NCBI GenBank assembly: GCA_965213675.1
Contig: OZ243916.1
Span: 1,824,001-1,888,000 of the forward strand
From: an uncultured Candidatus Binatia bacterium
GTDB lineage: Bacteria > Desulfobacterota > Binatia > UBA9968 > JAJDTQ01
Direction of reading: 5' to 3'
Length of the DNA: 64,000 bases
Shown here: positions 26,636 through 36,509 of the stretch, piece after piece
Numbering within the stretch: position 1 is the first letter of the stretch
Layout of the letters: each line of letters opens with the position of its first letter
The notes under the pieces: generated by a model
Told to the model about the DNA's origin: nothing
What the model saw: only the letters and a program-made list of their open reading frames with translations
The model's database searches: none
Position numbers and translations under genes: made by a program

Positions 26636-28174
26636 ATGAAACTCGATACAGGTATTCGCGGAAGCATGTGGAAGCGGACCGGAGCAGTGGTCGCAGGCGC
26701 GGCGCTTCTTCTGGGCGTTCTCGTTACCGGCTCCACGTGGGCCGCCTCCAGGGACAAGGTGGTGATCTACCACGCGGGCGGCATCGACTCGCTCCATCCT
26801 TACAACCATAGCCTGAGTCCGGCCTACGGCATCTGGGAGCACATCATGGAGCCGCTGGTGGAGGTGAACGAGAAGACCAACCAGTATGTCCCGAAGCTCG
26901 CCGAGTCCTGGGAGTTCAAGGGCAAGGAGTGGGTCTTCAAGCTCAAGAAGGGCATCAAGTTCCACGACGGCTCGCCCTTGACCGCGCATGACGTGGAGTT
27001 CTCGTTCAACCGCATCAAGACGGACAAGAAGAGCCTGCAGCGGCGGCAACTGCGCGAATTGACGGAGATGCGCGTGGTCGACGACCACACCATCATCCTC
27101 GTGACCAAGACACCCAACGTCGTGTTCCTCGACAAGCTCCAGAGCCGCTTCGTCATGAGCAAGGCGGCCGCCGACAAGCATGGCGAGGACGTGGACAAGC
27201 ATCCCATCGGCACCGGACCCTACAAGTTCGTGAGCTTCAAGCGCGACGGCGACCTCGTGATGGAGCGCAACGACGACTATTGGGGCTCCCCCAAGCCGCA
27301 GGTCAAGACCATGGTATGGCGCAAGGTGACGGAGGAAGCGGCGCGGGTCGCGGCCCTCGAGGCGGGGCAGGTGGACGTCATCAACGCGGTGCCGCCCCAC
27401 GAGGTGGCGCGCCTGGAGAAGAACCCCAAGATCACGATCAAGTCCGTCCCCGGATCGCGCATCTACTTCCTGGCCATCAACCCGGGGTTCAAGCCTTGGG
27501 ACAACAAGCTCGTGCGGCAGGCGGCCAACTATTCCATCGACGCCGATTCCATCGTCAAGAACATCTTCGACGGCCTCGGCTTCGTGGTGCAGGGCGCCGG
27601 CGCCAAACAGTATATCGGCCACGACCCCAACGCCAAGCGCTATCCCTACGACCCGAAGAAGTCCCGCGAGTTGCTGGCCAAGGCCGGCTACCCGGACGGC
27701 GTCTCGGTGAAGCTCTACTACTCCCACGGCCGCTACCCCAAGGATAGCGAAGTGCTGCAGGCCATCGCCGCCCAGATGAAGAAGGGCGGGTTCAACGTCG
27801 AGCTCATCTCTCAGGAGTGGGTGGTGTTCTGGGGCAGGTCCGGGGTCAACGGCGGCAAGATGCCCTTCTACTACATCGGCCGGGGCAGCGTCATCGACGT
27901 CCACACGCATGTCGAGCAATACTTCAAGACCGGCGCCAGCCCGCGGATCGACTACAGCAACCCCGAGCTGGACAATCTCATCGAACAGGAGATGGCGGAA
28001 GCCAATCCGGAGAAGCGCGCCAAGATCCTGCACCAGATCGGCCATATCCTGAAAGAGGATTCACCGTGGGTGCCGCTGTGGAATCTGGCGGACATTTACG
28101 GGTTCACAAGCAGCATCGAGTGGGACCCCCGGTCCGACGAGAGAGTCCGCACTTGGGAGATGACCCCCAAGTAG
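26636..28174 (+). CDS. ABC transporter substrate-binding protein, family 5 (DppA/OppA-like), Sec-type signal
   Basis: LAESWE, GIKFHDGSPLTAHDV, PIGTGPYKF, VRQAANYSID; hydrophobic signal ending TWA. Confidence 0.92.
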   Translation: MKLDTGIRGSMWKRTGAVVAGAALLLGVLVTGSTWAASRDKVVIYHAGGIDSLHPYNHSLSPAYGIWEHIMEPLVEVNEKTNQYVPKLAESWEFKGKEWVFKLKKGIKFHDGSPLTAHDVEFSFNRIKTDKKSLQRRQLRELTEMRVVDDHTIILVTKTPNVVFLDKLQSRFVMSKAAADKHGEDVDKHPIGTGPYKFVSFKRDGDLVMERNDDYWGSPKPQVKTMVWRKVTEEAARVAALEAGQVDVINAVPPHEVARLEKNPKITIKSVPGSRIYFLAINPGFKPWDNKLVRQAANYSIDADSIVKNIFDGLGFVVQGAGAKQYIGHDPNAKRYPYDPKKSRELLAKAGYPDGVSVKLYYSHGRYPKDSEVLQAIAAQMKKGGFNVELISQEWVVFWGRSGVNGGKMPFYYIGRGSVIDVHTHVEQYFKTGASPRIDYSNPELDNLIEQEMAEANPEKRAKILHQIGHILKEDSPWVPLWNLADIYGFTSSIEWDPRSDERVRTWEMTPK

Positions 28175-28254
28175 AGGCGGAGATTCCAAGGGCGGAGATT
28201 CCCCTGCGTTGTCGCCCGCGCGCGTGACCGAAGGGCGGAACCGGAGGTGCAGCC

Positions 28255-29346
28255 ATGAAGGCCGCGGTGCTGTTGGAACCCAACACCCCTTTGGTGGTGG
28301 AGGATGTGGACATCGAGGGTCCCAAAGCGCAGGAGGTGCAGGTTCGCATCGGCGCCACGGGTATCTGCCACAGCGACCTGCACAACATCAAGGGCGAGTG
28401 GGACAATCAGACTCCGGTGATCCTGGGCCATGAGGGCGCGGGCGTGGTGGAGGCCGTGGGCGACGGCGTGGACCACGTCAGGCCGGGCGACAACGTCATC
28501 CTTTCCTTCCGCGCCAACTGCGGCCGTTGCGAGAACTGCGCCCGCGGGATTCCGGTTCTGTGCAACGGCCACAATTCCCCGCGCCAGCGCATGCACGACG
28601 GCACGGCGCGGGTAAGCCTCAAGGGACAACCGCTGTTCATCTCCGCGCGGCTGGGAACCTGGGCCGAGCACGTGGTGTGTCCGGCGGAGCAGGCCGTGGC
28701 GGTTCCCGGCGACATCCCGCCGGAGGTGGCCGCCCTCATCGGCTGCTGCGTCACCACCGGCGTGTGCGCCGTCACCAACGCCGCCCGGGTGGAGGCCGGC
28801 GACACCGTGGCCGTCATCGGCTGTGGCGGCGTGGGCTTGAACTGCATCCAGGGCGCTCGCCTCGTCGGCGCCAGCACCATCATCGCCATCGACATCCTCG
28901 ACGGGAAGCTGGAATACGCCCAGGAATTCGGCGCCACCCACAAGATCAACAGCGCCCGCGAGGACGCGGCCAGGCGCGTGCGCGAAATCACCGGCGGCGG
29001 CGTGGACTACGTCTTCGAAGCCATCGGCCTCGGACCCACGGTAGAGCAGGCGCTGGAATGCACGCGAGTGGGCGGCACCGTGGTGGTGGTGGGGATGGCG
29101 CCCATGGACCACACCGCGTCCATCAATCCCCTGCGCTTCGTCAGGGAACAGAAAACCCTCACGGGCACGGGCTACGGCAACGCGCGGCAGATCATTGACA
29201 TCCCCAGGATGGTGGACCACTACAAGGCCGGCCGGCTGGACCTGGACCGGCTGGTGTCACACCGCTACAAGCTCCATGAGATCAACGAAGGCGTAGAGCG
29301 GCTCAAGCAGGGAGAAGCGGCCCGGGGCGTGGTTGTGTTCTCATAA
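28255..29346 (+). CDS. Zn-dependent alcohol dehydrogenase (MDR family)
   Basis: GICHSD, GHEGAG, CGRCENC...C structural Zn site, GCGGVG. Confidence 0.93.
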   Translation: MKAAVLLEPNTPLVVEDVDIEGPKAQEVQVRIGATGICHSDLHNIKGEWDNQTPVILGHEGAGVVEAVGDGVDHVRPGDNVILSFRANCGRCENCARGIPVLCNGHNSPRQRMHDGTARVSLKGQPLFISARLGTWAEHVVCPAEQAVAVPGDIPPEVAALIGCCVTTGVCAVTNAARVEAGDTVAVIGCGGVGLNCIQGARLVGASTIIAIDILDGKLEYAQEFGATHKINSAREDAARRVREITGGGVDYVFEAIGLGPTVEQALECTRVGGTVVVVGMAPMDHTASINPLRFVREQKTLTGTGYGNARQIIDIPRMVDHYKAGRLDLDRLVSHRYKLHEINEGVERLKQGEAARGVVVFS

Positions 29347-29362
29347 TGGAAAGGGGTTCGAC

Positions 29363-30904
29363 ATGAGTGACAAGAGCAGATGGTTAAGCCGGCGCGACGT
29401 GCTCAAGGGAGGCGCGGCCCTTGGCCTCACGGCGATGGTGCATCCTTCCCTCGGGCCATTGGCGCACGCGGCGTCCAGGGACCGGGTGATCGTGTACAAC
29501 GCCAGTTCCATGGACAACCTGCACCCGTACGACCACAGCAGCGGCGCGATATACGGGTTGTGGCAACACATGCTGGAGCCGCTGGTGGAGTTCGACTACG
29601 GCCAGGCCAGGTTCGTCGGGCGGCTGGCGGAGTCCTGGGAGTACCGGGGCAAGGAGTGGGAGTTCAAGCTGCGCAAGGGCATCCAGTTCCACGACGGCAG
29701 CCCCCTGACCTCCGCCGATGTGGCCTTTTCCATCGACCGCATGAAGAACGACAAGCGGAGCCTGCAACGGCGGTCGTTCCGCAATGTCCAGGAAGTGCGG
29801 ACGCCGGACGAGCACACCGTGGTGGTCGTCACCAAGAAGCCCTCGGTCACCTTCCTGTCCCGCGGGGTGCGCAACCGCTTCATCATGAGCAAGACGGTGG
29901 CGGACAAGCACGGCGAGGATGTGGACAAGCACCCCACCGGCACCGGCCCCTACAAGTTCGTCAGCTTCAAGCGTGACGGCGAATTGGTGCTGACGCGCAA
30001 CGACGACTACTGGGGCGAGAAACCCGCCATCAAGGATCTGGTGTGGCGCAAGGTCGTGGAGGTCAACTCGCGCTTGGCCGGCCTGGAGTCCGGACAATGC
30101 GACGTGATGGACAGAGTCCCGGTACACGAGGTGCCCCGGATCAACAAGCATCCCCGTGTCTCGGTGCGGAGCGTGCCGGGCCTGCGCATCTACTTCTTTG
30201 CCCTGAACGTCAATTTCAAGCCCTGGGACAACAAGCTCGTGCGCCAGGCCGCCAACTACTGCGTGGACGCGGACGCCATCGTCAGGGGAATCTTCGACGG
30301 CAACGGCGAAGTGCTCCAGGGACCGGTGGGACCCCGGGTCATCGGACACAATCCCAACATCAAGCGCTACCCCTACGATCCCGGGAAGGCGAAGGAACTG
30401 CTGGCCAAGGCCGGCTATCCCAATGGCGTGGACGTCAAGCTGCACTACTCGCCGGGCAAGTACGACAAGGACACGGAACTGGTGCAGGTGGTGGCCAATC
30501 AAATGGCCAAGGGCGGCTTCCGCGTAGAGATCGTGCCGCAGGAATGGGTGGTCTTCTGGGGACGGGGCGGCGTCAACGGCGGCAAGACCCCCTTCTACTA
30601 CATCGGCCGCGGCAGCGTCCTGGACGCGGACACGCCGCTGTACCAGTACTTCCGCACGGGCGGCTCCAAGCGCACCAACTTCAGCCACGCGGAGTTCGAC
30701 AAACTCGTGGACGCCGAACAGGCCGAGTCCGACGAGGCCAAGCGGCTCGAGATCCTTCAGAAGATGAGCGAGGTCATCATGGAGGAAGCGCCCATGATCC
30801 CGCTCTACCAGCTCCTCGATCACTACGGGTCGGCCCGCAACATCGAGTGGACCCCGCGCCCGGACGAGAAGATCCTGCTGGAGGATATGAGCGTCAAGGC
30901 GTGA
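29363..30904 (+). CDS. ABC transporter substrate-binding protein, family 5, Tat signal
   Basis: SRRDVLKGGAALG twin-arginine signal; same family-5 motifs; close paralog of 26636-28174. Confidence 0.92.
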   Translation: MSDKSRWLSRRDVLKGGAALGLTAMVHPSLGPLAHAASRDRVIVYNASSMDNLHPYDHSSGAIYGLWQHMLEPLVEFDYGQARFVGRLAESWEYRGKEWEFKLRKGIQFHDGSPLTSADVAFSIDRMKNDKRSLQRRSFRNVQEVRTPDEHTVVVVTKKPSVTFLSRGVRNRFIMSKTVADKHGEDVDKHPTGTGPYKFVSFKRDGELVLTRNDDYWGEKPAIKDLVWRKVVEVNSRLAGLESGQCDVMDRVPVHEVPRINKHPRVSVRSVPGLRIYFFALNVNFKPWDNKLVRQAANYCVDADAIVRGIFDGNGEVLQGPVGPRVIGHNPNIKRYPYDPGKAKELLAKAGYPNGVDVKLHYSPGKYDKDTELVQVVANQMAKGGFRVEIVPQEWVVFWGRGGVNGGKTPFYYIGRGSVLDADTPLYQYFRTGGSKRTNFSHAEFDKLVDAEQAESDEAKRLEILQKMSEVIMEEAPMIPLYQLLDHYGSARNIEWTPRPDEKILLEDMSVKA

Positions 30905-30968
30905 TTCGGGAAGCCTTGGGAACGCCACCACGCGGGGCCAAGGCATGATGCCCTCGCCCTGGACAGAC

Positions 30969-31005
30969 AACGGCCGCGCCGAGACACCCGGCGCGGCCGT
31001 TCTTT
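30969..31005 (+). terminator. Hairpin terminator candidate between convergent genes
   Basis: AACGGCCGCGCCG-N7-CGGCGCGGCCGTT 13-bp stem followed by CTTT. Confidence 0.55.
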
Positions 31006-31022
31006 ATCGTGTGGCAAACCCT

Positions 31023-32693
31023 TCAGGCTTCGTAAACCGTCTCACCCCCCACGATGGTCCGCTCCACCGGAATGTCCCGGATGGCCCAGGGGTCCACCGT
31101 CAGGGGATTGTCTCCCAACACCACCAGGTCGGCCAGCTTGCCGGGGGTGATCGACCCCTTGAGCTTCTCCTCGAATGCCGCGTAGGCGGCGTTGATGGTG
31201 TAGGCGCGGATGCCCTCCATGGGGGTGATGCGCTCGTTCTCGCCCAGCACCACGCCCGCCCGGGTCTTGCGGTTCACCGCGCACCAGATGCCGAATAGCG
31301 GATCGGTGGCGAACAGCGGGTCCTTGGGCAGGGCGATGGGGGTGTCGGAGTGGGCCACCGTTATCACGCCCAGATCGATGGCGGTGCGCATGGGGTCCAG
31401 ACGCTGGGCCCGTTCCATGCCCAGGAAGTCGTGGATGTGGCGGTCGCCCCAGTACCACAGGTGGTGCGGGTAGAACGACGCGATGACTCCCAGCCGGCTC
31501 ATGCGCTCCAGCGCCTCACGAGTGACCCCCTGGCAATGCTCGATGCGGTGGCGCGGGTCGGGCCGCGGCGACTCGTTCATGGCATTTTCCACCGCGTCCA
31601 GCGCCACATCCACGCCGCGGTCGCCCTGGGCGTGGATGGCCACCTGGTAGCCCTTGCCGTGGGCTTCGGCCACGAGCTTCTTCTGGTCCTCGGGCGCGTA
31701 CTGGAGCACGCCGCGGGGGTCTTTGGTGGGATCGTCCGTGTCGCTGGTGATGTAGGGGTCGTAGAACGCGCAGGTATGCACCTGGATGGAGCCGTCGCTG
31801 CAGGTTTTGACCGCTCCCAGCCGGAGCCAGTCCGAGCCGAAGCCGGTGCGAAGCCCCAGGTCCCGCTCCAGGTAGAAGCGCTTGTAGGGCAGGTCGTGGA
31901 TCATCAGGTACACCCGCACCTTGAGCCGTCCCTCATCGAGGGTCTCCTGATAGGCGCGGTAGTAGTCCGGCGTATCGCCGGTGCCGGCGTCGTGGGTGGA
32001 CGTGATGCCCACCGCGTTGTACTCGCGGCCCGCCAGTTCCACGCCGTCCTTGAGCTGCCGGAGAGTCGGATGCGGCACCAGGTTGTTCACCGGCCGGGCC
32101 GCGGCCTTCTCCCGCAGCACGCCGGTGAGCTTGCCGGTGCGCGGGTCCCGGTCCATGTGGCCGCCCTCGGGCTGGGGCGTGTCGTCGTCGATGCCGGCGA
32201 GCTTCAGCGCCGCGCTGTTGGCCATCCACACGTGGGACGAGCGGTAGGTCATGACCAGCGGGTTGTCCGGCGCCGCGCTGTCCAGTTCGGCGAGCGTGGG
32301 CCAGCGCTTCTCCGCCACCGCGGTGTGTTCGTAGCCCTGGGCCTCGATCCACTGCCCTCTCGGCGTCACCGCCGCGCGCTCGCGGATGCGCGCGAGCACG
32401 TCCTCGATGGAGTCGTTGGGCGGCGTGCGCACGTTCACCATCCCCAGACGGATGCCGAAGGACATGAAGTGCGTGTGGGGCTCGATGAAGCCGGGCAGCA
32501 CGGTCTTGCCGGCGCAGTCGATGACGCGGGTGTGGCGGCCGGCGCAGTCGCGCACATGCTCGTTGCTTCCCACGTACACGATGCGATCACCCTTGAGCGC
32601 CACGGCTTCGGCCGTGGGACGGGCGTCGTCCACCGTAATCACGTGGCCGTTGACCAGTATCGTGTCGGCGTAGAGACTCTCGGGCAGCGCCAT
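31023..32693 (-). CDS. Amidohydrolase 3 family (YtcJ-like) metallohydrolase
   Basis: PGFIEPHTH, GKLTGVLRE, IHAQGDRG, HRIEH, HSDTP, GKLADLVVL. Confidence 0.9.
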   Translation of the reverse strand: MALPESLYADTILVNGHVITVDDARPTAEAVALKGDRIVYVGSNEHVRDCAGRHTRVIDCAGKTVLPGFIEPHTHFMSFGIRLGMVNVRTPPNDSIEDVLARIRERAAVTPRGQWIEAQGYEHTAVAEKRWPTLAELDSAAPDNPLVMTYRSSHVWMANSAALKLAGIDDDTPQPEGGHMDRDPRTGKLTGVLREKAAARPVNNLVPHPTLRQLKDGVELAGREYNAVGITSTHDAGTGDTPDYYRAYQETLDEGRLKVRVYLMIHDLPYKRFYLERDLGLRTGFGSDWLRLGAVKTCSDGSIQVHTCAFYDPYITSDTDDPTKDPRGVLQYAPEDQKKLVAEAHGKGYQVAIHAQGDRGVDVALDAVENAMNESPRPDPRHRIEHCQGVTREALERMSRLGVIASFYPHHLWYWGDRHIHDFLGMERAQRLDPMRTAIDLGVITVAHSDTPIALPKDPLFATDPLFGIWCAVNRKTRAGVVLGENERITPMEGIRAYTINAAYAAFEEKLKGSITPGKLADLVVLGDNPLTVDPWAIRDIPVERTIVGGETVYEA

Positions 32694-32697
32694 TGTC

Positions 32698-34290
32698 TCA
32701 CCCCTCCCTTTTGCCGGGTCCGTAGACCACCCGCCCGGGCCGGAGTCCGGTGTGGTCGCCGTTCTCGATGACCATCTGTCCGTTGACGAACACGTAGTCG
32801 ACACCCCGGGGATACTGCTTGGGCTCCTCGAAGGTGGCCCGGTCCGTCACCGTGTCCGGGTCGAACACCACCACGTCGGCCCAGTAGCCTTCCCGCAGCA
32901 GCCCGCGGTCCTTGAGCCCCAGCACCTGGGCGGGCAGCGAGGTCATCTTGCGCACCGCGTCGGGCAGGGTCAGCACCTTTTCATCGCGCGCGTAGCGGCC
33001 GAGCACGCGCACGTTGGTGCCGAAGCTGCGCGGATGCGGCCGGCCGGGGGAATCGAGGTTCAGGGCGCTGCCGTCCGAGGAGACCGAGATCCAGGGCACG
33101 CGCATGACGTCCTGCACGTCCTGCTCGCGCATGGTGTGGTGGATGCCGTGGATGAAGATGCCCTCGCCATAGATGAGGTCGAAGCAGGTGCTGGCGGGGT
33201 CCTGCTCGCGGATCGCCGCGATCTGGGCGATGGTCTTGCCCTCCCACGCGTGGTGCTCGGGCTTGTCCAGCCGCGCCGCCACGATGCCGTCCCAGCCGCC
33301 GTGCTCGCTCACGTACTGGGTGAACTCGGGATCGTCCATGACCCGCTGGCGAAACGACGGGCTCATGAACTCGCCGATGGTCTCCTGCACGGGGGCATCC
33401 TGCACCCAGCGCGGGAACAGCCGCCGCCACGGGTGCTGCATGGCGGTGTAGGGATACTGGTTGGCGGTGACGTCCAGGCCCTCGCGCCGGGCCTCCTCGA
33501 TCTGCTCCACCACCTCCATCACCCGTCCCCAGTTCTCCTTGGAACGCATCTTGAGGTGGTAGACGTGAATGGGGATGTCGGCCTCGCGTCCCACCTTGAG
33601 CGCCTTCTCCAGCTCCTCCATGATGTCGAAGCCTTCACTGCCCAAGTGCACGCCGTAGTAGCCGCCGTACTTGCGCGCCACCCGCGCCATGGACACCACC
33701 TCGTCCGGGTACTCCGGCCCCTTGGCGTGCCAGGCTGCGGTGAGCCCCAGGGCGCCCTGCTCCATGGCCTGGGCCACGTAGGCGTTCATGCGTTCCTGCT
33801 CCGCCTCGCTGGCCGGCCGTTCCTGGAACCCCACCACCACGCGCTTGACCTGCTGCGGCGACACGCCCGATGCCACGTTCATGGAGATGCCGCCCGCGGC
33901 GAGCCGGTCGAAGTACTCGCTGAAGGTGGACCAGTCGGCCTCGATGCCGCTCCGGTGCCGGTGCTCGGCCACGTATTCCTCGAAGACCGGCCCCACCAGC
34001 GGCGCCACAGTCTGGCTCTCGCCGATGATGTCCAGGGTCACGCCCTGACGGATCTTGCTCTCGCCATTGCCGTCCTTGATGAGCGGCTGGTCGCTGTGGG
34101 TGTGCATGTCGATGAAGCCGGGGGTCACCATCTTGCCGCGCACGTCGATGGAGCGCGTCCCGGAGGTCGGGTCCAGCCGCCCCATGGCCACGATGCGACC
34201 GTCCCTTATGGCCAGGTCGCCGTAGTACCAGGGGTTGCCCGCGCCGTCGATGATCGCCCCGCCGTGAAGCACGGTATCGTAGATCGCCAT
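32698..34290 (-). CDS. N-acyl-D-amino acid deacylase (D-aminoacylase)
   Basis: IDGAGNPWYYGDLAI, PGFIDMHTHSD, QYPYTA, HPRSFGT, AVRKMTSLPA, ADVVVFDP. Confidence 0.9.
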   Translation of the reverse strand: MAIYDTVLHGGAIIDGAGNPWYYGDLAIRDGRIVAMGRLDPTSGTRSIDVRGKMVTPGFIDMHTHSDQPLIKDGNGESKIRQGVTLDIIGESQTVAPLVGPVFEEYVAEHRHRSGIEADWSTFSEYFDRLAAGGISMNVASGVSPQQVKRVVVGFQERPASEAEQERMNAYVAQAMEQGALGLTAAWHAKGPEYPDEVVSMARVARKYGGYYGVHLGSEGFDIMEELEKALKVGREADIPIHVYHLKMRSKENWGRVMEVVEQIEEARREGLDVTANQYPYTAMQHPWRRLFPRWVQDAPVQETIGEFMSPSFRQRVMDDPEFTQYVSEHGGWDGIVAARLDKPEHHAWEGKTIAQIAAIREQDPASTCFDLIYGEGIFIHGIHHTMREQDVQDVMRVPWISVSSDGSALNLDSPGRPHPRSFGTNVRVLGRYARDEKVLTLPDAVRKMTSLPAQVLGLKDRGLLREGYWADVVVFDPDTVTDRATFEEPKQYPRGVDYVFVNGQMVIENGDHTGLRPGRVVYGPGKREG

Positions 34291-34772
34291 GGTCCGATGG
34301 TCCCTCCTGGCGCGCCTTTCGTCTCACACGGTCGGCGCGCGCCTTGCCGGCAAACAGAGTTCCTGCGCATCGTGGGACACGATGGCATGGTACAGGCCCA
34401 GGAGCTTGCGCCGCAGGAATTCGCGAAAGCGACAATTCGCTATTGCCGTCTTCGCTATCGCCGTCCCTTCGGCCCCTCGATTGAGGAGAATACCATGTCA
34501 CATTTGACGAAATCGAGCGACTGAAGGGACGGATGAGATTCGATTTGCAGCCGTGAATTGCTGCGGCGCAACATCCTGGCGCCCCCGCCGCCGGGTCACA
34601 ACGTCTCGCCCTCCGGAAAGTCCTCTTCGGAAGGTTTGTTTGACTTTGTGTGGGCAATGTTGGGAGACTGTCCGTATTGTAGTCTGCCCTTGGCGGCATG
34701 GATCCGCTGATCCGAGTCCTCCACCAGGAGGCGCGGCAGGCGATCTCAGGCCCGAAACCCGGGAGGTGAAAC

Positions 34773-36431
34773 GTGAGCGACGAGCAACTTTACGGCGACA
34801 ACCCCATTGCCCAACGCAAGACCGACCAATACAAGCGGGAGTACGTCCACAGCTTCGTGCGGAAGTGGGACGAACTCATCGACTGGGACGCGCGCGCCGC
34901 CAGCGAGGGCGACTTCTTCATCAAGATGCTCAAGGAACGCGGCGTGGAACGCGTGCTGGACGTGGCCACCGGCACCGGCTTTCACTCCATCCGGCTGCTG
35001 AAGGCGGGCTTCGACGTCACCAGCGTGGACGGCAGCCCCGAGATGCTGGCCCAGGCCTTTGAGAATGCCCGGCAGCAGGGTTTCATCATGAAGACCCTTC
35101 ATGCCGACTGGCGCTGGTTGAGCCGCGACGTTCACACCCAGTACGATGCGGTCATCTGTCTGGGCAATTCGCTGACCCATCTGTTCTCGGAGCAGGATCG
35201 CCGCAAGGCCCTCGCCGAGTTCTACTCGGTTCTTCAGCACGACGGCGTCCTGGTCCTGGACCAACGCAACTACGACGACATCCTCGACGATGGGTTCACC
35301 TCCAAGCACATCTATTACTACTGCGGCGACAACGTGAGCGCCGAGCCGGAGTACGTCGACGAGGGGTTGGCACGGTTCCGCTACCAGTTTCCGGACAACT
35401 CCGTATTCCATCTGAACATGTTTCCCCTGCGCAAGGACTACGTGCGCAAGCTCATGGGCGAGGTGGGGTTCCAGCAGGTCAAGACCTATGCCGACTTCCA
35501 GGAATCCCACCGCGTGGAGGATCCCGACTTCTTCATCCACGTGGCGGAGAAGCTATACAAGAACGAGGAGCGTCCGGTCCGCAACGGCACCGCGGTGGCC
35601 ACGTCGTATTCGGGCACGGTGGAGACCGCCCGGGATTACTACAACAGCAACGACGCGGATCGCTTCTACGCCACCGTGTGGGGCGGCGAGGACATCCACA
35701 TCGGGCTGTACGAAAGCGAGGGCGACACCATCTTCGACGCCAGCCGGCGCACCGTGCAGCGGATGGCTTCCATGCTCGATCCCCTGGAGTCCGCGACCCG
35801 CGTGCTCGACATCGGCTCCGGGTACGGCGGTTCCGCCCGCTACCTGGTGGAGCAGTTCGGTTGCAACGTCGGCTGCCTCAACCTGAGCGAAGTCCAGAAC
35901 GCGCGCAATCGCGAGCTGAACGGCCGGAGAAACCTGTCCCTGGCCATCAACGTGGTGGACGGCAGCTTCGAAGACATTCCCATGCCGGATGACAGCGTGG
36001 ACGTGGTGTGGTCCCAGGACGCCATCCTGCACAGCGGCCAGCGGGAACGGGTGTTCGAGGAAGTCGCCCGGGTCCTGTCCCAGGGCGGTCAACTGATCTT
36101 CACCGACCCCATGCAGCACGAGGACTGCCCGACGGAAGTCCTGGAGCCGATCCTGGACCGCATCCATCTCGATTCCCTGGGATCGGTTCCACGTTACCGG
36201 ACGATATTGTCGCGCCTGGGGTTTGAAGAGATCGAGTTCGTCGACCTGACGCCGCACCTGGCCGCCCACTACGCCCGGGTCCTGGACGAAATCCAGGCCA
36301 ATCAGTGGGACCTGGTCAAGGTGTGCAGCGAGGAGTACATCGATCGCATGAAGACGGGCCTGCAACACTGGGTGGACGGCGGCAAGGCGGGCCACCTCCA
36401 GTGGGGCATTCTGCACTTCCGGAAGTCCTGA
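34773..36431 (+). CDS. Fused glycine/sarcosine N-methyltransferase + sarcosine/dimethylglycine N-methyltransferase (glycine betaine synthesis)
   Basis: N-domain FVRKWDELIDW, LDVATGTGFHS, CLGNSLTHLF, DQRNYD, DPDFFIHVAEK; C-domain YYNSNDADRFYATVWGGEDIHIGLY, LDIGSGYGG, WSQDAILHS, FTDPMQ; GGAGG RBS + GTG. Confidence 0.92.
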   Translation: MSDEQLYGDNPIAQRKTDQYKREYVHSFVRKWDELIDWDARAASEGDFFIKMLKERGVERVLDVATGTGFHSIRLLKAGFDVTSVDGSPEMLAQAFENARQQGFIMKTLHADWRWLSRDVHTQYDAVICLGNSLTHLFSEQDRRKALAEFYSVLQHDGVLVLDQRNYDDILDDGFTSKHIYYYCGDNVSAEPEYVDEGLARFRYQFPDNSVFHLNMFPLRKDYVRKLMGEVGFQQVKTYADFQESHRVEDPDFFIHVAEKLYKNEERPVRNGTAVATSYSGTVETARDYYNSNDADRFYATVWGGEDIHIGLYESEGDTIFDASRRTVQRMASMLDPLESATRVLDIGSGYGGSARYLVEQFGCNVGCLNLSEVQNARNRELNGRRNLSLAINVVDGSFEDIPMPDDSVDVVWSQDAILHSGQRERVFEEVARVLSQGGQLIFTDPMQHEDCPTEVLEPILDRIHLDSLGSVPRYRTILSRLGFEEIEFVDLTPHLAAHYARVLDEIQANQWDLVKVCSEEYIDRMKTGLQHWVDGGKAGHLQWGILHFRKS

Positions 36432-36509
36432 CGGCGCCCGAAGGAGTCCCGCGTACCCTGGAAATTCGGCAGTGGAGCCGAATCTCCAGGGTATTCGCCG
36501 GATCCACGT

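Noticed and set aside
34650-34770. Glycine riboswitch (GGGAGA...CTCAGG words)
   Set aside because: Core CCGAAG/GCAA elements and tandem architecture not found
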